From Sminthopsis crassicaudata (Eukaryota), in contig NC_133620.1 of the NCBI RefSeq assembly GCF_048593235.1, positions 293,585,765 to 293,649,764 on the forward strand: 64,000 nucleotides of DNA, given 5' to 3'. Made by a program: the position numbers and the translations under genes. Every line of letters starts with the position of its first letter. The stretch's first letter is position 1. The notes below the pieces were generated by a model. It searched no databases. It was not told the DNA's origin and worked only from the letters and a program-made list of their open reading frames with translations. Of this stretch, positions 1 to 13,807 are shown piece after piece.

Positions 1-224
1 CTCACAAGGTTTAAAGATTGGGAGACTGACCATTGCAATTATATTTTTACCTCCTTCAGTAGGCAGAAGGATAAGAATAGAAAGGATTATGGATTTGTAG
101 TCACAGAAGCTTAGATGAAGTCCTATGGCCTGCTACTTATTCCCTGTGTTTCCTAGGATTCTTTTTCCTTATCTCTAAAATGAGGAGGAATGGATGGAGG
201 TCCTATTCATCTCTAAATCACTTT

Positions 225-385
225 GTTGCTCTTTAATCGTTTCAGTTGTGCCTGAATTTTTGTGGCCCCATTTGTGTTTATAATTAATTTTTTCAGCTTA
301 TTTTAAAGATGAAGAACTGAGGCAAACATAGGCTAAGGGAATTGCCCAGGGTCACATAGCTAGTAAATATCTTAAGCCTTCAGGT
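225..385 (-). mobile_element. Mar1/MIR-like core SINE fragment
   Basis: Core-SINE motifs aactgaggcaaac...ttgcccagggtcacatagctagtaa; boundaries approximate. Confidence 0.6.
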
Positions 386-1879
386 ATCTCACCCCATACA
401 CTGTGTCTCTAATAGCCCATCTCTTATCCTCTGACAATGTATGTAGGGGAGTGATTATGGGCATTGTTTTTTATTATACATCTAAGATTTCTTTGTATAC
501 TAAAAATTTTTACAAATTTTAAATTCTATTTGAATAAAATACAATTACAAAAGTTTTGCTTTATGAAAAGTTCATGGATATTAAACAATAAAAAATGGGA
601 ACATTGTTTCAAAAAGTTAGGAAACTGTTACTGATAAATTTGCTAAGTACGGAGCACTTTGGTAGGCATTGCCATTTACAGTATTAATTAACTCACAAAC
701 ATTTGCCAGTATTTGCCCTTCCCATGTGCCCTGGAGGCTGGAATGAGGTCAACTTTTCCCCAAGTCCTTTGCAAAGAAACACTCATTCCCTAGCCACCTG
801 TCCCTCAGGGAAGGTACTGGGATGAATGGAGAATTTCTGAAGATGTTCTTCTCCATGTTCTTCTCCATTCATTACTAGAAACTGGAGATGATAGTAGTGC
901 TTAGAATGGGAGGGGGTAGTCCCGTAGGATCTTTAGACAGAAGTACCTTTGAAAACAATGGGATGAGGGTGACTGAGAATTTAAACCCTCTATTCATTCT
1001 GAGTTCTGCTCTGACAAGGAAGGTTATCTTTCTTACAGGTGAGAGGCCTAATTTTTTTAATCTGATGTTTATTCTGAATTCCCTTCTTGACTCTAGTTCA
1101 TATACACAAACTTCCCCTATTCAAAAGGGATTGATCAGTTTTCTCTGCTCTCTCAAGCCCTGTTCTTTCTTCTGTAATTTCTTGCTAGAATTTGGAAAGG
1201 AAGAGTTCTCTTCCTCTTATCTCATCCTTAATATTGGTATTTTTCTTCTCTGTTCAAACATCTCCAATGAATTTCTTCAATTTCATCTAACACCCAGATG
1301 AAAATGTCATGTTCCTTGTTCTGCTGTTAGTGGGAATCATCTCAGAAATGAAAACAAAATAACTCCTCCCTTTCCCCACCTTGAATCTCAGCTAATTTTA
1401 CAAACCAGGGGAGAAATTGGTACTTCACAGACCATTCCTTATCTTTTGGGAAGCTTATTAATTTAATCTCAATACCTTCTAGGGCAGTCTCAGACTTATT
1501 TCCTTTAAGGAAATAGAAAAACATTAGTTATCTCCATTTGTAAGAGCCCACCACAGATCCTTCTATTGACTGATTTAGACATTGTTAGGAGAGGAGACCA
1601 AATTGGAGAGGGCAGAGGTATGCCACAAGAAAGATAATGAGAATCACCAAATTATCACTCCTAGATTTGAAGTCAACTCCAATTCAATAGCTGGTGTCTA
1701 TGGGTAAGTGTGCTTCCTCAATTTCTTCACTTCATTGGATATTTCTTCACTTCATGCATATTTTCTATGTTTGCTCAGAGTCAGTTCTTCCTTTTTTTAC
1801 CAGTTGATCTCTGATCTGATTTTACCCAAAAGCATTTTGTTCTTTAGAGAAAGTTTTTGGTTTGCTGTTTTTTTTTTTT

Positions 1880-2030
1880 TTTAAATTATTATTTTGGTGA
1901 GGCAATTGAGGTTAACTGACTTGCCCAGGATCACATAGCTGGTAATTATTAAGTGTCCGAGGCCAGATTTGAACTGAGGTACCCCTGACTCTAGGACTGG
2001 TATTGTCGACTACATCATCTAGCTGTGCCA
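1880..2030 (-). mobile_element. WSINE1/Mar1-like tRNA-derived SINE
   Basis: T-tail then tgacttgcccaggatcacatagct...gccagatttgaactgagg (B-box complement)...catctagctg. Confidence 0.75.
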
Positions 2031-2399
2031 TCCCTTAGGGAAAGTTGAAGAAGAGATAGTCTGACTCCCAATGTGAAATGGTTGATACTGTAGGAACTAG
2101 CTATTAAGTCTCTATTCCTTTCACTTCTTGACTATCCTCTGGACATGTATCTTCTATTTATCAAATTCTTAGAAACTTGGATCTATTTATTTTCTAGGTT
2201 GCAATTATTTTTTGTAATTTTGGTCCAGGTAAGATAACAATGAATCTTCCTTTAATTCTCCAAGATGTCTATTATATTTGGGCATTTCTTCCATTGTTTC
2301 TGTTACATATTCATCTCATAGTCCCGTTTTAGTTAAATATTGCATAATTCTTTGAATTGGGAGCATTTATTCTCTCTTCCACTGTTCCTAATTAAACAA

Positions 2400-2850
2400 T
2401 TTTTTTAAAAAAGAAGAAAAAGAAAAATCCTTCATGATAAATATGTATAATTCAGTTAAATAAATTCCCATGTTGGTCATATCCAAAAATGTAGGTCTCA
2501 TTCTATAAATATTTTTTAAGTCTATTACTTCTCTGACAGGAGAAGCTTCATCTTCAGTCCTCTATGCTTGTATTGATCAGAATTTTTCAAATGTTTTTCA
2601 AAATTGCTTTTTTTTTTTCTTTATGATGTTATTGTCCTGGTACAAATTTTTCTTCTAGTTCTCACTCTATTGTACATTAGTTCATAAAAGTTTTCTCAGT
2701 TTCCTGTGATACTTAATGTGGTATTTCATTTCATTCCACTTACATAACATAATTGGTCTAGCCATTCCCCTGCTTCTAATTCTTTACCACTGCAAAAAGG
2801 GCTATTGTACACATGGTCTCTTTTCCTCTTTTTTTGATCTCTTAGGAATA
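2400..2850 (-). mobile_element. Old L1 3' end fragment
   Basis: Resembles reverse-complemented marsupial L1 3' region (cattagttcataaaagttttctcag...gccattcccc); heavily decayed. Confidence 0.5.
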
Positions 2851-3966
2851 AAAGTCTGACATTTTCAATTATGCACTTTCTCCCCATGCCACACTCCTTC
2901 TTTCTGTGTTTTTTGACATGTTTTTTTCTTTAATATCTTCAGAGGTAGATAACTTTGAATCTAAGAGTCAGTAGGTGGAAATACAGGGTGACTGTATTCT
3001 CTTACCTGAAAGGGCAAGAAAAGATCTACAGCAGGAACAAAGGAAGAAGCACTATGTGGAGTTTCATGGAGTAAAGTAAATGTTTAAAGTCAGCTATCTA
3101 TTACTGGAATTCTTGTTGCATGAGATTTGGGAGCTATTTCCTGACTTTGTCATATTGTCAGGAATCCAATGACTTACACTTTTTGATATCATTTTGTCAA
3201 TGCACATTCTACTAAAACCAACAAAAAAAAAACCCAACACTTTCTGTGGCATGTATGTATTTATGTTATGTATATCACATTTATTTCAATAAGGGCTGAA
3301 ACCTTGGTAGCCCAGGGAAATACACATTTTCAAATGCAAGGAGCTATCCTTTTTAAAATCTGGACTATTGTATATATTGTATTGTATATTGTAATATATT
3401 GTATATTTCAGCCTTGGTCACAAAATGGTTTTGATAGTGGAGGAAGAAATAAGGAAAGACTGATAACTTGGGTCACTGTCTGAAAGAGGGGATGCCATTT
3501 TGGTGGTATTAGTGATGTCTTCTGGAATCAACATCAAAGCACTAGAGAGCAGGAGAATAATGAAAAGAAGGAACAAGCTGCCAAAAGGAGTGGTTGGAAT
3601 GTACTGAATCATGCTTCATAGATTCACTGGAACTTCTGTGAAATTTCATCCCAGACAGGCAGATGAATTTCATTAAGAGATGGACAAATTGATGAAAGAA
3701 GTGAATGTATCCTAGAGCAGTGAACAGAGGAAGTTTAGTTTGTCCCTTGATACCCTGAAAGACCTATGATTTTGTTGGGTACAAGTATATCCCTCCATCA
3801 TTACAGTTCACAACCCCTCCATACCTCATCCTTGACTATGGTTACTCATAGCACGATTTCAATTAATTAACATATCTTTCTCTTCCTTACAGCACATTCC
3901 AGCCTGCTAGCTTAATATTTTTCAGATGAAGGAAGAGGGAAATTTTGACTCCAGGGTACATTTCAC

Positions 3967-3967
3967 T

Positions 3968-4026
<59 letters not shown>
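3967..4026. repeat. (TTTA)n microsatellite, about 15 units
   Basis: Directly visible perfect tetranucleotide run. Confidence 0.97.
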
Positions 4027-4533
4027 TTTTAAATTTTGAGCTTTAAGGGAAGATGCTTTGCTTAGTGAATAGATTGGTCCCTTAGCCAGGAAGATGCAAG
4101 TTCAAACCTCTGACACATGTAGGTTAAGGACTAAACCTATGATTTTACTAACATAGGAAAACTCTCTCCACCTATATAGGTCATTACCTTCTCTGCCAAT
4201 TATAGTGTTAGAGAGCTGCCTAGAGCAATGAGAGATTGAATATTAGTTTTCTTGGGTGAGACTGTGTTTGAAAAAATAATCTCTCAGATTCCCAGATGCT
4301 TGCACTTTGGCAGAAGGAGTCCTTCTACTAAGAGTTTCCTACACAAGTAGAATCTTATAATTGAGAAAACGATATTCAGATAGATTAAGTGACAGTTAAA
4401 GCAACTTAATCCACTAAGTTATTCTACCCAGAACATCATCTTTAACTTTTTCTTTTCCATAAGGATTCAAAAATCTTCACAGTTCAATAGTGTTCCTAGT
4501 GGCTTCTCTTGCTGTTTTTGGAGTATCTTTAAC

Positions 4534-4830
4534 ATGAAGATGGAAGAGAGGGAGGGAAGAAGGGAAGGGGGGAGAAAGGAAGAGTGGAAGGAAAGAAGGA
4601 AGAAAAGAGGCAAACAATTAAGGAAGAAAGGAAGGAAAGGAAGGAGGGAAGTGGGAAAGAGAAAGGGAGGGAAGAAGAAACTGAAAAGGGAAGGAAAGGA
4701 GGAAAAAAGGGAGGGAAAGAGGAAGGGAAGAAAACAAAAGGAGGAAGGGAAGAAGGAAAAAAGAACAGAGGGAAGGAGGAAGATGAAAAGAAGAAAGGAA
4801 GGAAGGAAAAGAAAAGAAGAAAAGAGTGAG
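4534..4830. repeat. GA-rich low-complexity polypurine tract (GGAA/GAAA derived)
   Basis: About 300 bp almost purely A/G; explains the K/E/G/R-rich and F/L/P/S-rich spurious ORFs. Confidence 0.95.
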
Positions 4831-5531
4831 GGAGTGAGAATAGGAGGACTTATCACATATTCTACAAGAAAGCATTGTGTTTTCTGAGCATATCAGTTCT
4901 CTCTAAGGAAAATGGCTCCATTACAAAAGAATTGGTTAAAAAAAATTAGGTGAAGGACATAAATAACCTTTTATATAAATTTTCCAGTATTTAATAATCT
5001 TTAAAAATAAGTTTAAAGTTTAAAAAACCAAGTATTTACAGCTCAAAAAATGCAAAGATTTTCAATATACTGCTTTGTCATGATAAACAAGGTTTCTTTT
5101 CTTTCCATTATTTTAGTTCTCCCTGAGTCTGAGGAAATTCAGAACTGAAGTTACACAACAGTAAATTTTTGAGGTGAAATTTAAACATGGGTCTTCTCCA
5201 CATTTAATGTTCTTTCTAACTATACTCCAATGACTCTAAGCCTCATGAATTCAGTAATCAGGTTGCAGGCAAGTGATTCCAAATCCAAGAAGTCTATAAA
5301 TTAGGAGAGGGCAACTCAAAACCAAACAGAATCAAGATCCTTTGATGCTTAAACAGTTTTGTTGTCCCACAGCAAGGAGCTGTCATTTTCTTCTGCCCTG
5401 GTAATTTCCTACTATAATTTTTTAAAAGCAGGAATGCTTTTTCTCCTTGTCTCTTTTTAACCTAATTGAATGGTTTTTAAAATTTATCTTACACAGTTGT
5501 TGAAAGGTAATGTAACTTTTAAATCTAAAAT

Positions 5532-5772
5532 NNNNNNNNNNNNNNNNNNNNNNNNNNNNNNNNNNNNNNNNNNNNNNNNNNNNNNNNNNNNNNNNNNNNN
5601 NNNNNNNNNNNNNNNNNNNNNNNNNNNNNNNNNNNNNNNNNNNNNNNNNNNNNNNNNNNNNNNNNNNNNNNNNNNNNNNNNNNNNNNNNNNNNNNNNNNN
5701 NNNNNNNNNNNNNNNNNNNNNNNNNNNNNNNNNNNNNNNNNNNNNNNNNNNNNNNNNNNNNNNNNNNNNNNN
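5532..5772. other. Run of 241 N (gap or masked sequence)
   Basis: N characters in sequence. Confidence 0.99.
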
Positions 5773-5945
5773 ATGGCAGCATAGCACTGAACCTGGAATT
5801 AGGAAGAACTAATTTAAAATCTAGCCTCAGACTCTTATTAGATGCATGAGCCCAAGAAATATATATCTCCCATGGGTTGTTATGAGATGACATAATTTTT
5901 GTAAAGTTCTTTGCAAACTTTCAAATGCTATATAAATACAAACTA
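5773..5945 (+). mobile_element. MIR/Mar-like SINE fragment
   Basis: atggcagcatagcactgaacctggaattaggaag...gggttgttatgag...taaagttctttgcaaac...gctatataaat, typical core-SINE layout. Confidence 0.6.
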
Positions 5946-6066
5946 TAACTATTATTGACTATTATTTATAGAGTGTTTTTGTCATGTAGTATGTAATTTC
6001 TCATCTTCAAAATATCCTTTTCCAGGTCTCTTTCTCTTCTTCTCATCCACTCTTTGATCTAGAATC

Positions 6067-7023
6067 ATGGAATGGAGTGGCAACCAGACTCTCATCACTC
6101 ACTTTATCCTTCTGGGTCTCTTCACTCAAACTCCTCTTCACTTCTTCCTCTTCTCCATCATTATAATCATGTTCCTGGTGGCATTGACTGGTAATGGCCT
6201 CATGATCCTTCTCATCAACATTGATTCACGGCTCCACAGTCCCATGTACTTCTTCCTCAGTTGGCTGTCATTAATGGACCTCATGCTCATCTCCACCATT
6301 GTACCTCAGATGGCTGTGAATTTCCTATCAGGCAAGGGGTATATCACCTTTACAGGGTGTGGCCTACAGATTCTCTTCTTCCTTACACTCCTGGGGGACG
6401 AGTGCTTCTTGCTGGCCTTCATGGCCTATGACCGCTTTGTGGCCATCAGCAATCCATTGAGGTATTCAGTGATCATGAACAAGCGTGTCTGTTGGATAAT
6501 GGTGGCATTTTCTTGGCTCTTTGGTCTGACAGATGGATTAATCCAAGCTGTCTTTACTCTCCACTTTCCCTACTGTGGCTCAAACAAGATTGATCACTTC
6601 TTCTGTGATGTGCCCTCTGTCCTCAAGTTGGCTTGTGCTGACACCTCCCTCTATGAATCCATGATCTATGTTTGCTGTGTCCTAATGCTGCTTTTGCCTT
6701 TCTCTGTTATTTCTGCCTCTTACTTACAGGTCCTAGTGGCAGTTCTCCGAATGCATTCAACTAAGGGGAAACAAAAGGCATTTACCACTTGTTCCTCCCA
6801 CATGACCGTGGTTACCCTTTTCTATGGGGCAGCCATAGCCACCTACATAAGACCCCAGGCATACCACTCTTCCAAACAAGATAAAGTAGTTTCTGCTTTC
6901 TATACTATGATCACACCCATGCTCAACCCTATTATTTACAGCCTAAGGAACAAGGAAGTCACTGGGGCCCTCAAGAAGCTGTTGGGGAGATGTAGCTATG
7001 GCAGAGCTCAGAACAATAATTGA
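6067..7023 (+). CDS. Intact single-exon olfactory receptor, class II family 2 (OR2V/OR2T-like), 318 aa
   Basis: Hallmark motifs LHSPMYFFLS, MAYDRFVAISNPLRY, HFFCDVP, KAFTTCSSH, PMLNPIIYSLRNKEV; N-terminal NQT sequon; polypyrimidine-AG acceptor ending at 6025 just upstream of the ATG. Ser in place of the usual Cys in MAYDRxVAI(C/S) recalls OR2V. Confidence 0.97.
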   Translation: MEWSGNQTLITHFILLGLFTQTPLHFFLFSIIIIMFLVALTGNGLMILLINIDSRLHSPMYFFLSWLSLMDLMLISTIVPQMAVNFLSGKGYITFTGCGLQILFFLTLLGDECFLLAFMAYDRFVAISNPLRYSVIMNKRVCWIMVAFSWLFGLTDGLIQAVFTLHFPYCGSNKIDHFFCDVPSVLKLACADTSLYESMIYVCCVLMLLLPFSVISASYLQVLVAVLRMHSTKGKQKAFTTCSSHMTVVTLFYGAAIATYIRPQAYHSSKQDKVVSAFYTMITPMLNPIIYSLRNKEVTGALKKLLGRCSYGRAQNNN

Positions 7024-7805
7024 CATTCATACAACCATTTATGTAAAAAATCCTGTTTACATTTAATCATTGTAATTATTCCATAGATCAGTATTTTGAT
7101 CTCGTATGGGTCTATGAATTTTTTAGAGTTAGGAACTCAATGTGAGAAAATTCCCTCTGCCATTGCAGATATATAACTATATTTTTCAATGGTATATCCA
7201 AACTTGGTTTTCCCTTTATATCAGGATCACAGACTGGATCATCTCCATGTGGAAATCAGCTGTAATTGTTTAATATATCTTTTGTGAGGTTCAATTCCTT
7301 GACTTCTCTGTACTCTCTCCTTCCTGTTCACTGACTTCCCTCATAGGCAACAAGTTGTAACAACAAGTTGTAGTGATGTATTTTATAGTATTCTGGTGCC
7401 CTAAAGCCTTTGTAATCATCTTGCTCATTTGGTGTAGCCCAGGTATGGCTCCCACTCCCAACTCTCCCCAGATCTCCTTGGTTTCCATCGGCTGGAATTA
7501 ATTCATTTATTCCCCATGCTGATGTTGAATCACAAAGGATTTTCATCTTCTCTATAGAAATTACTGTGCTGTCGAATGCATGGGACTTTATTTACATACC
7601 CGGTGCTTCTTATAATGCTGGCTTATAGTGTGCAATGAACCATTTGTTTGTCAAGGTGGCATCCAACTTAGTGCTTTGTTGAAATAGAGAACAGTGGGCT
7701 GTTTGAGTGTCTGACAAATATTCACTAAAATTGATGCTTGTCAATTGCCAGCTTTAATCCAGAAATCTCCAGCTAAACTTATGCTTAATCTTTAGGAGTT
7801 TTTTT

Positions 7806-7953
7806 TCTTATTTTTTTTTTTCCTGAGGTTGGGGTTAAGTGACTTGCCCAGGGTCACACAGCTAGGAAGTGTTAAGTGTCTGAGATCAGATTTGAACTCC
7901 AGTTCTCCTGAATTCAAGGCTGGTGCTCTATCCACTGCACTACCTAGCTGCTC
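7806..7953 (-). mobile_element. WSINE1-like SINE, near full length
   Basis: T-tail, cctgaggttggggttaagtgacttgcccagggtcacacagctaggaagtgttaagtgtctgag...atttgaactc...ctatccactgcactacctagctgc. Confidence 0.85.
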
Positions 7954-9134
7954 CTCTTATGTTCTTTTAATGTCTCCCCAAAGGTGATCAGATCATCCAG
8001 GTGGTCTAACATATCTAAATAGTTCATTTGTCTTTTTCATTTCTTGTGAGTCATGGAAAATCAATTCTTTGGGTGACGTTTGTGAAAACTGAATCTTTGT
8101 TTTCCTTGGGGACAGAGAGTAGGAAAGGGGAGATACGAGTACATCTTTTTCAGGTTTAACATGAACCCAGGCCCAGCAGATAATCCAGGGCATCCTGCCC
8201 TCACAAGATCATGTATTAATATTCTACCACGATTTACTTGGGCTAAGCCCAATCTTCCCAGTTCATCATGGTGGTTTACCTAACATTTTCCAAGTGGTTT
8301 TTGTAGGGCCTCTGCTTCTGAGAGCAATTTTCCATGGCTATTATTTTCAGAAGCATTGGAAGGCACAGAGTGAACAAATCATTTGCATTTTCCCTTCAGC
8401 ACACCTCAAACCCCATCCAGGAACTGACAACATTACAACTTTGATACAGTCTCTTTCTTAGGTGACCCTCCCATTCCTTGAGAGGATCAAATATTTCTAC
8501 ACCTTTAAGGCAAAGGTTTTGCTTTGCTTTGTTTTGTTTTTATAACCAATCCTGACTCCCACCTAGTAGAGTGCTTTGCACATCCATTGGATAGGATTCA
8601 ATTGGCACAGGTAAGTATCAACAATTAAATGTCTTGGGAATTGAACCTCTGTCTTTTGACACTATGGACCAACCTTTAGTACTGGATATTCTCTCTTCCC
8701 TGATGCTACTTTCTCTTGGTGTTTCTTCTATTTGCCTTACCACTGCTCAGTTACTGTTGGTGAGTCATTATCTATGTTCATCTCCTTATACTACACACAC
8801 ACACACACTTTGTATTTTAAAGATCTGTCCTAGATCCAATTCTCTTCTACTCTCTTGGTGATTTTTTTTTCAGCTCCCATGAGTTTAATTATCATTTTCT
8901 ATACAAATAAATCCCAAATCTACACATTGGGCCATCATGTCTCTCTTAAATTCCAGTTCCATATTACCAGCTACCCACTGAACATCTTTATCAGCATATT
9001 CCATGGGCATCTCAATGCAAACTGTCCACAAAGAACTTTTATCTTTTCTCTGAAGTTTAATTTTTTTTGAGGGAAATACAATTCTTCCAATCATCCAGGT
9101 CTGGAAGGAAACAAACTTCATAGTTAAGGAAACT

Positions 9135-9350
9135 AAGTGGCCTGGAGTGCTACTGGGTCTGAAGTCAGGAAAATTTGAGTTTTTTAAATGTGACCATGGA
9201 CACTTGCTAACAGTGTGACCCTGGGAAAGTCACCTAATCCTGTTAGCCTTCATTTCCTCACCTGTAAAATAAACTGGAGAAGAAATGGCAAACCACTTCA
9301 GGATCTCTGTCAAGAAAATCCCCAATGAAATAATGAAGAATTGATTGAAT
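9135..9350 (+). mobile_element. Mar1-like SINE
   Basis: gtgtgaccctgggaaagtcacc...cctcatttcctcacctgtaaaat...ggagaagaaatggcaaaccact...ctgtcaagaaaatccc. Confidence 0.75.
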
Positions 9351-9599
9351 ACCAACAAACCTCATGGTCATCTTCAACTTTTTACTCTCTCTAATCAATC
9401 CACATATTCAATCAGTCTCCAAGTCCTTTCGATTTTAAACCTCTTTTTTTCTCTACTCACAGGACCACTCTTCTATTCAGGTTCTTTTCTCTCTTAAGTG
9501 AGAGCATGTGTAATTGGGGAAAGGAAGGGAGATTGGAAATGCAGGTGGAACTAGTCTTTCTCTCCAGGAAAGTTTATCTGGCCACGACCTCAGCTAGCC

Positions 9600-11280
9600 C
9601 CTCAAATTAATAAGAGAAGGAACCTGATAAGAGAAAGAAGGTAAGAGAACATCTAGCAATAATGAAAGGAAAATGAACCAAAGAATGTCAAGAGAAACCA
9701 GAGGAAAGTGACTGGAAATAAGAGAAATGTTGAAAGACAAAAAAGTCAAGGGGAAAAGCCCAAATAGAAACCTCAAATCACAAACAAATGAACCAACAAT
9801 CAAGAATAAGCTAATTCAAAGAGAAGTCAAAATATTATGAATAAGTATTATGCCAAGGATAGAAATGAACCAGGATTCCTTGATCAAAAAGAGAATTTTG
9901 CAAATAAAGAACATTAATGAGCAACTATGAAATGGTACAAAATTAAATCTGATAACAGATCTCTAAACACAGAATAGGGGAGGAAAAGCCAGTCAAATAC
10001 AAAAGGTAAATGACATTATGGAACACATTCTCCAAAGAAATAGAGGATTTGGAAGATAAAAGAACAAATGTGAAGTTTTCATTCAGAAATGGAAGAAAAT
10101 TTGCCAGAAGAAAAGAAAAAGACAGTAACATTAAAAGAACAGAATTCAAGTACTATAGAAACTTAAGCAACTGACTTATAAGAAAGGTTACACAAAGACA
10201 ACTTAAAGATCATAGATTTCTGTAAAGAATATTATATACACATAAATATGTATGCTGTTTAATTATTTCAGTCCAACTCTTTGTGACCCCTTTTAGGGTC
10301 TTCTTGTCAAAGATTCTGGAGTGGTTTTCTATTTCCTTCTTTAGCTAATTTTATAGATGAGGAAACTGAGATAAAAAAGATCAAGTGATTTACCCAGGGT
10401 TACATGGCTAGTAAGTGTCTGAGGCCAGATTTCAGTTTAGGTATTTCTGACTCTAGGCATGGAGTTCTATCCCCTGAGCAACCTCGCTATCCCTACAGCT
10501 CATAAATATATATACATGTACATGCATATATATTATACATATATACACACACACATATCTATATAAATCTATATTATATTTATATATAACACATTATACA
10601 ACTAGATATCACTATCTAGAGATATAGATAAATCAATGTATCTATCTATCTATAAATCTGAATACTATACTGAAGGAAATAATAGTAGAAAACTGCCTAG
10701 AACTTTTGAATAAAGAAAGTAGTGATCATTCAAATTCACACATTGCACCAGAAAGCAAATCCATACTTGAAAGTTCAAGGCATTGGAAGGTTAGATTTCA
10801 CAATTGTCATAATAAGCAATATATTTTGCAAACCTTCAAGAAAAAAATTTTAAAGTATAAAGGAATGCCAATCTGAATGACACAGGATAACTAATCAATC
10901 CAAAGAAATAAAAGGACTGGCATAAGGTATTGCAAAAAAGAAATAGGTCAACTTACAACCCATTAAAACATTCTACAAAGCTGAGAATAGCAATGAATAA
11001 AAACAAGTTTTTGACATAGAAGAATAAAAAATAAATAAATAGAAATGAAAACAACAGACCAAGAAAAACATTTGACCTTGCAAACTTGCAACAGAAACAC
11101 ACACACAAAAAGCTAAATGTGTATACTTATCAAGAAAAATACAGATGAAATAGACTTTTTTGGCTATAGGCTATTATTTTTAAAAAATAAACTATAATTT
11201 GGGATAACAGAAAGGAAAAGGTAGAATCTTCTATCAATCAAAAAGACAAAAAGAACTAAAATTTAAATTTAATTTAACAC
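9600..11280 (+). mobile_element. Decayed L1/HAL1 ORF1-containing fragment (with a minus-strand Mar1-like SINE at about 10250-10495)
   Basis: A-rich strand; residual ORF1 C-terminal motif KKILKYKGMPI*MTQD near 10845-10890; many stops. Confidence 0.6.
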
Positions 11281-13807
11281 AGAATGTTCTTAACATGGGC
11301 ATCCATGAATTTTTAATATTTTGGTAACCATGTTTCAACATAATTGGGTTTTTTCATAATCCTATTTTTAAAATTGTATGTCTTTAAAAACATTATTCTA
11401 AAGTTTGTAGGCTTCACTAGACTATTGTAGAATTCCACGAATTTGGAATTTGGGGTTATTCTATATAGGAACTGAGCTAACTGTGAAATTAATTCCTTCC
11501 AGAATATTATGTGATTTGGGGACAGAGGCATAGTTATGTTCCATATAGTGAGGAGTTTCTTGATTTGTTAATGAAATGACCAAAAGACTAGCCCCCTCAG
11601 CCCTGGGTCAAGGGGCCTCAGGCTTATAGGAAAATGTTGCTTAAACTAAATTAAGGGAAGTGTTGTGTTCAGACTGGGCCCCATCCCCCAGTTTATGACA
11701 CCCTAGACTTTCCGAGAAGTGTGTGTCTAACAGAGTCAGGACAACATTGCAAAACATCTTGACAGATTCTGTTGTGTGCTCACTCATATCCAGACATTTC
11801 TCTATTGTAAAACCACAAGGCTGTACCTGGATGTGGCAAACGTGCTTAAAAGCTTACCTCGCTAAAGGTTTGGGGGTGATCTCTACTAGCCTCTCTAGTG
11901 GGGTCAGTCGCTGGCTGGCTAATAAATGATGCTTTAAATTGAATAATCTGGTCTGAGCTGTCTATCTCGAGTCAATCCATTTCATTTGGAGGTTACTACC
12001 GAGATAAGCCTTTGGCTCAGTCTGACAGCCAGTCCCTCTCCCTGGAGGGCGAAAGAGGTTATGGATCCCAGGGGGTGGCCACTGAGAGATGTTCCTCGGC
12101 CCCAGTTTCCAGAAATCTCTTTTTGGGAACCAGGTGATTGAAATACAAGGTAAAATTTCTTGGGCTTATAGTTACTTAGTTAATGCTATTTGGGAGTTTT
12201 AAAGCTCCACCCTCTGACAGTGAGACAATTGATTGGAATAAAACTGGGTTAAAGCTATTTTATCCTGTATGTGCTGAAAGTTAAGTTTTGATTGCTTACG
12301 TTATGCTATAGTTATGTTCTTGCAATTTTTTCTTCTGTAACTTATCTCTATGGTCAGAGCAACAGTCAATAGAATTGTTAATGCAATTCAATTATGTCAT
12401 ACCTTGCTGTTTTCAGTCTGATTATATGTAGTCATTGTGTCCTAAATGCTTAGGCAAATGAGTATTTAGCCTGGTCATCTTATTGAGTATTTGTGTTTTG
12501 TTTTGTTTTTTTAAGGTTTCTAAATGATAAGAGGACAATTAACAGTGGTCTGTGAGACCTAACTGCTGTTAAGACTTGAGATTACAGCTGTTTCCCTGTC
12601 CTGTAAAGCAGTCATCTCTTCACATAGGAAGCTGCTGGCTCTTCACATTTTGCAGCAGTCTGGTAGACCAGTCTTTTTATCTCGGACTGTTCTAACCTTT
12701 ATTTGTGAGATTTGTGTCAAATCATGGATATTGAATTGCTTCTGGGATCCAGATCAGCTTTGATAAGCTTTGATTGTCAGCATGGTACATTCACCCTCCG
12801 CATGGACTGAGAGCCACAGACCATTTCGCCAGGACTAAGTTTTGACTGAGAAACTTTGTCCCCTCACACCTGATGGGGAATTTTGGGAATGATTGATGAC
12901 TGACTGTTAGACCTTGACTGGGTCATCTGTTACTGCGTGTTTAAGATTTGGGATGGGATTTGTTAAATCTGTGTAACTATTGCTGTTATGTTTGAGGGAT
13001 TTTTAGGAAACACTAATGTGCTAGTCTGTTATGTATAGCAATCTTGATTCACTCTTGGGATTTGTATGTGGAATGGTCATTTGATCATTCCTTTCTGTGA
13101 GGAAAAAAAAAGGGGGGGAAGGGAGGAGGATGAGATAGAACATTAAGGAAACTGGTATATTTTTTGTCTTAAGCACTTCTACCCCACCCCCTATCTCACT
13201 AGTTCAGATGCTTTAACTTTGGAACCCCTTATTCTGTCAGAATTGCCCTGGCAGACTCAGTTCTTGGGATTATTTTTTTTTAAGGAACAACCAGAAATCA
13301 GACACCTGTCTTGGGACTGGCAGTCTCTCTGATCTGTTTCTCCAGTGCTGTAATACAAGTTCCTTAGTATTTCAGCAATCTCAAAGGACCTTGTAGTTTT
13401 ATATCAGGCCTCTAAAAGTTTAGGGTTTGCCTGCCTTGATGGTCTAACCGTGCATAATCTGCTCTGCAATCTGATCCTTTCTGTAGCCCTGTCTGTTTCT
13501 CTGGGCGGGACAGATGAAGCTACTCCATGCCTCCCCTTCTCCCATGGAGAGGTTTGCTCCTCTGAATGGGTCTTGAGCCCTGCTGCTCTGTATGCAGAGA
13601 CTGAGTTAAGTGCACAAATGACTGCAGACCATGTAACTCATAGTGAACTGTCCATCTCAAACTGGATTCTCTGGCTGAGATGGTGCCCCAACTGCAAAGG
13701 ACCTGACATGCTTGCAACAAGGGAGCCTTTGTACAGCTGTTAACTCTGGGGTTACCAGGTTATCTAGTTTTATTTTGGTTTATTCAGGAGAGAGAGAGTG
13801 TGTGGAA

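Noticed and set aside
888-1301. 137-aa ORF near the window start
   Set aside because: No recognisable motif, low-complexity F/L/S composition, no splice or promoter support; treated as chance.
4467-4887. Four overlapping ORFs rich in K/E/G/R or F/L/P/S
   Set aside because: Artefacts of the polypurine low-complexity tract.
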